Source: Candidatus Poriferihabitaceae bacterium
GTDB lineage: Bacteria > Pseudomonadota > Gammaproteobacteria > Arenicellales > Poriferihabitantaceae
Direction of reading: 5' to 3'
Length of the DNA: 64,000 bases
Assembly (NCBI GenBank): GCA_965208975.1
Contig: CBDBQH010000001.1
Span: 451,280-515,279, forward strand
In this document: in pieces, positions 62,288 to 64,000 of the stretch
Numbering within the stretch: position 1 is the stretch's first letter
How the letters are laid out: each line of letters begins with the position of its first letter
The notes under the pieces: model-generated
Databases searched by the model: none
Seen by the model: only the letters and a program-made list of their open reading frames with translations
What the model was told of the DNA's origin: nothing
Program-made: the position numbers and the translations under genes

Positions 62288-62363
62288 TGGTGGAGCCAGG
62301 CGGGATCGAACCGCCGACCTCAACACTGCCAGTGTTGCGCTCTCCCGGCTGAGCTATGGCCCC
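62288..62363 (-). tRNA. tRNA-Ala (anticodon GGC), CCA encoded
   Basis: reverse complement GGGGCCATAGCTCAG...CACTGGCAGTG...GGTTCGATCCCGCCTGGCTCCACCA; G3:U70 identity pair present. Confidence 0.95.
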
Positions 62364-62376
62364 GAAGATGTCGCGT

Positions 62377-62405
62377 ATTCTAAAGCCACAGCAATGGTTG
62401 ATCAA
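62377..62405 (-). promoter_or_regulatory. candidate tRNA operon promoter TTGATC-N17-TAGAAT with GC-rich discriminator (CGCGAC)
   Basis: read on the minus strand; the -10 ends 13 nt before the tRNA-Ala 5' end. Confidence 0.5.
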
Positions 62406-62413
62406 GAATTTTT

Positions 62414-62533
62414 AATACAGAATTTAATACAGAATTTAATACAGAATTTAATACAGAATTTAATACAGAATTTAATACAGAATTTAATACAGAATTTAAT
62501 ACAGGATTTAATACAGGATTTAATACAGGATTT
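62414..62533. repeat. ten tandem 12-bp AT-rich units (7x AATACAGAATTT, 3x AATACAGGATTT)
   Basis: counted directly. Confidence 0.95.
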
Positions 62534-62699
62534 TTAATATAGTGTAGTTATGTTTGTATCATGTGAAAAATCAAGCTAATATCAGGAAAAATCACTGCAA
62601 CCTGTCATCTGGTTCAGTTTGTATCGGCGATGAGCGATCAGTATGTCGGTTCTGTAACTTCAGGTGATCCGGTTGTGACAACTACTTGAGGGTAATATC

Positions 62700-64000
62700 A
62701 TGGAACAATTGAATTCAATTATCAGCTCCATCAATGCGTTTGCCTGGGGGCCTCCGATGCTGGGCATGCTGGGGGTGACCGGGGTTCTGCTCACCCTCGG
62801 CCTGGTATTCATGCCCTGGCGCAAGGTCGTGTACGGTTTTCGGATTCTGTTTGATAAAAGCGCCCCGCAAGGAGAAGGGGAAGTCAAACCGTTCAATGCC
62901 CTGATGACAGCATTATCCGCGACGGTGGGAACCGGGAATATCGCGGGCGTGGCGACCGCGATCGCGCTGGGTGGCCCCGGCGCTATTTTTTACATGTGGG
63001 TGATTGCTCTGTTCGGTATGGCCACCAAGTATGCTGAGGCCGTGTGCGCGGTCACCTATCGGGAGGTGGATGGCGAAGGCAAATATGTCGGTGGGCCGAT
63101 GTACTATCTGCGTAATGGCGTGGGCGCCTTTGCGCCGGAACTTGGCAAATGGTTGGGATTGCTGTTCGCAATTTTCGGCGCAGTGGCGGCATTCGGGATC
63201 GGCAACGCCGTGCAGGTCAATTCAATGGCGGCAGCGCTGGATTCCAGCTTCAATCTGCCGACCTGGATTACAGGCATTATTGTTGCGGTACTGGTTGCGT
63301 TCGTGATTCTCGGAGGTATTCGCCGGATCGGTGATGTCGCCGGGAAACTCGTACCGACTATGATCGTCTTGTATATTGGCGCGGCGCTGATCGTTATCCT
63401 GATAAACATCAGCAAGGTTCCGGAGGCATTCGGCTTGATTTTTTATCATGCGTTCAATCCGGCGGCGGCCGCCGGTGGCTTTGCCGGGGCTGCGGTTGCA
63501 GCGGCGATTCGATTCGGTGTGGCGCGCGGTGTATTCTCGAATGAGTCAGGTCTTGGTTCCGCCGCGATCGCACACGCCGCAGCTCAAACCAACAACCCGG
63601 TGCGACAGGGAATTATCGCAATGCTGGGCACATTCATTGATACGCTGGTGGTTTGCACCATGACCGCTTTGGTGATCATCACTTCAGGAATGTGGACGGC
63701 GATGGGAGCGGATGGCATGGGACTGACGGGAGTTGTTCTTACCTCCGAAAGTTTCGCGAACAGCATTAGCGGCGGTCAGTACATTGTCACGATAGCGCTG
63801 GTGGTTTTCGCCTTCACGACGATCCTCGGCTGGTCCTATTATGGTGAAAGATGCTGGCAGTATCTGTTCAGTGAAAAGAGCCTGTTGATCTATCGGGTAT
63901 TATGGGTACTGGCAGCGCTTGGTTTTGCCAGCGTCAAAGTGGATTTCGTCTGGAATCTGTCGGACACTCTCAACGGGTTGATGGCGGTTCCCAACCTGAT
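62700..64000 (+). CDS. alanine/glycine:cation symporter (AGCS family), 3' end beyond window
   Basis: own translation from ATG 62700: MEQLNSIISSINAFAWGPPML...FNALMTALSATVGTGNIAGVATAI..GGPGAIFYMW, the AGCS signature; frame open to window end. Confidence 0.85.
   Translation, partial: MEQLNSIISSINAFAWGPPMLGMLGVTGVLLTLGLVFMPWRKVVYGFRILFDKSAPQGEGEVKPFNALMTALSATVGTGNIAGVATAIALGGPGAIFYMWVIALFGMATKYAEAVCAVTYREVDGEGKYVGGPMYYLRNGVGAFAPELGKWLGLLFAIFGAVAAFGIGNAVQVNSMAAALDSSFNLPTWITGIIVAVLVAFVILGGIRRIGDVAGKLVPTMIVLYIGAALIVILINISKVPEAFGLIFYHAFNPAAAAGGFAGAAVAAAIRFGVARGVFSNESGLGSAAIAHAAAQTNNPVRQGIIAMLGTFIDTLVVCTMTALVIITSGMWTAMGADGMGLTGVVLTSESFANSISGGQYIVTIALVVFAFTTILGWSYYGERCWQYLFSEKSLLIYRVLWVLAALGFASVKVDFVWNLSDTLNGLMAVPNL

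Noticed and set aside
62534-62699. Glycine riboswitch upstream of the alanine/glycine symporter
   Set aside because: The conserved GGAGAG...CACCG / CUCUGGAGAG...ACCGAAGGGGCAA cores were not seen, and the region is AT-rich with little helical potential.

Overview
The window looks like a gammaproteobacterial chromosome segment of moderately high GC. The carA-carB-greA and hflK-hflC-yjeT-purA orders are typical of that class. All calls come from reading the sequence and ORF track and from remembered family motifs; no searches were run. Most of the window is housekeeping: cobB 3' end, metK-ahcY, argB, fpr, an IorAB-type molybdoenzyme with MocA/XdhC maturation genes, a Kef-like antiporter, gabD, hisG, pntAB, rnr-rlmB, msrAB, hom, beta-carbonic anhydrase, purine-catabolism genes, 8-oxoguanine deaminase, tRNA-Ala/tRNA-Glu and a partial alanine/glycine symporter. 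Three regions stand out. (1) 20.3-27.6 kb holds a roughly 1,700-aa Calx-beta-type autotransporter. It is preceded by a perfect (CCAG)x41 microsatellite with start codons in all three frames and an extended -10 promoter. Oppositely oriented arrays of GTAG-headed REP-like palindromes and a triple-hairpin module bracket it, and a DUF3782/PD-(D/E)xK gene lies next to it. This is a candidate slipped-strand phase-variation switch of unusual design and is the top finding. (2) 48.3-58.2 kb is an accessory island. It carries an AAA-ATPase/PD-(D/E)xK protein, two toxin-antitoxin cassettes that share a 26-bp upstream repeat, a frameshifted IS4-family element with an abutted extra end, a MORN-repeat secreted protein with a mini membrane protein and a divergent XRE regulator, and a DDE integrase plus DUF3800 cargo flanked by a segmental duplication. 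(3) 62.4-62.5 kb has ten 12-bp AT-rich tandem repeats directly upstream of the tRNA operon promoter. Start codons were re-chosen where the ORF track over-extends across promoters or REP elements. Function calls for uncharacterised families are low confidence.
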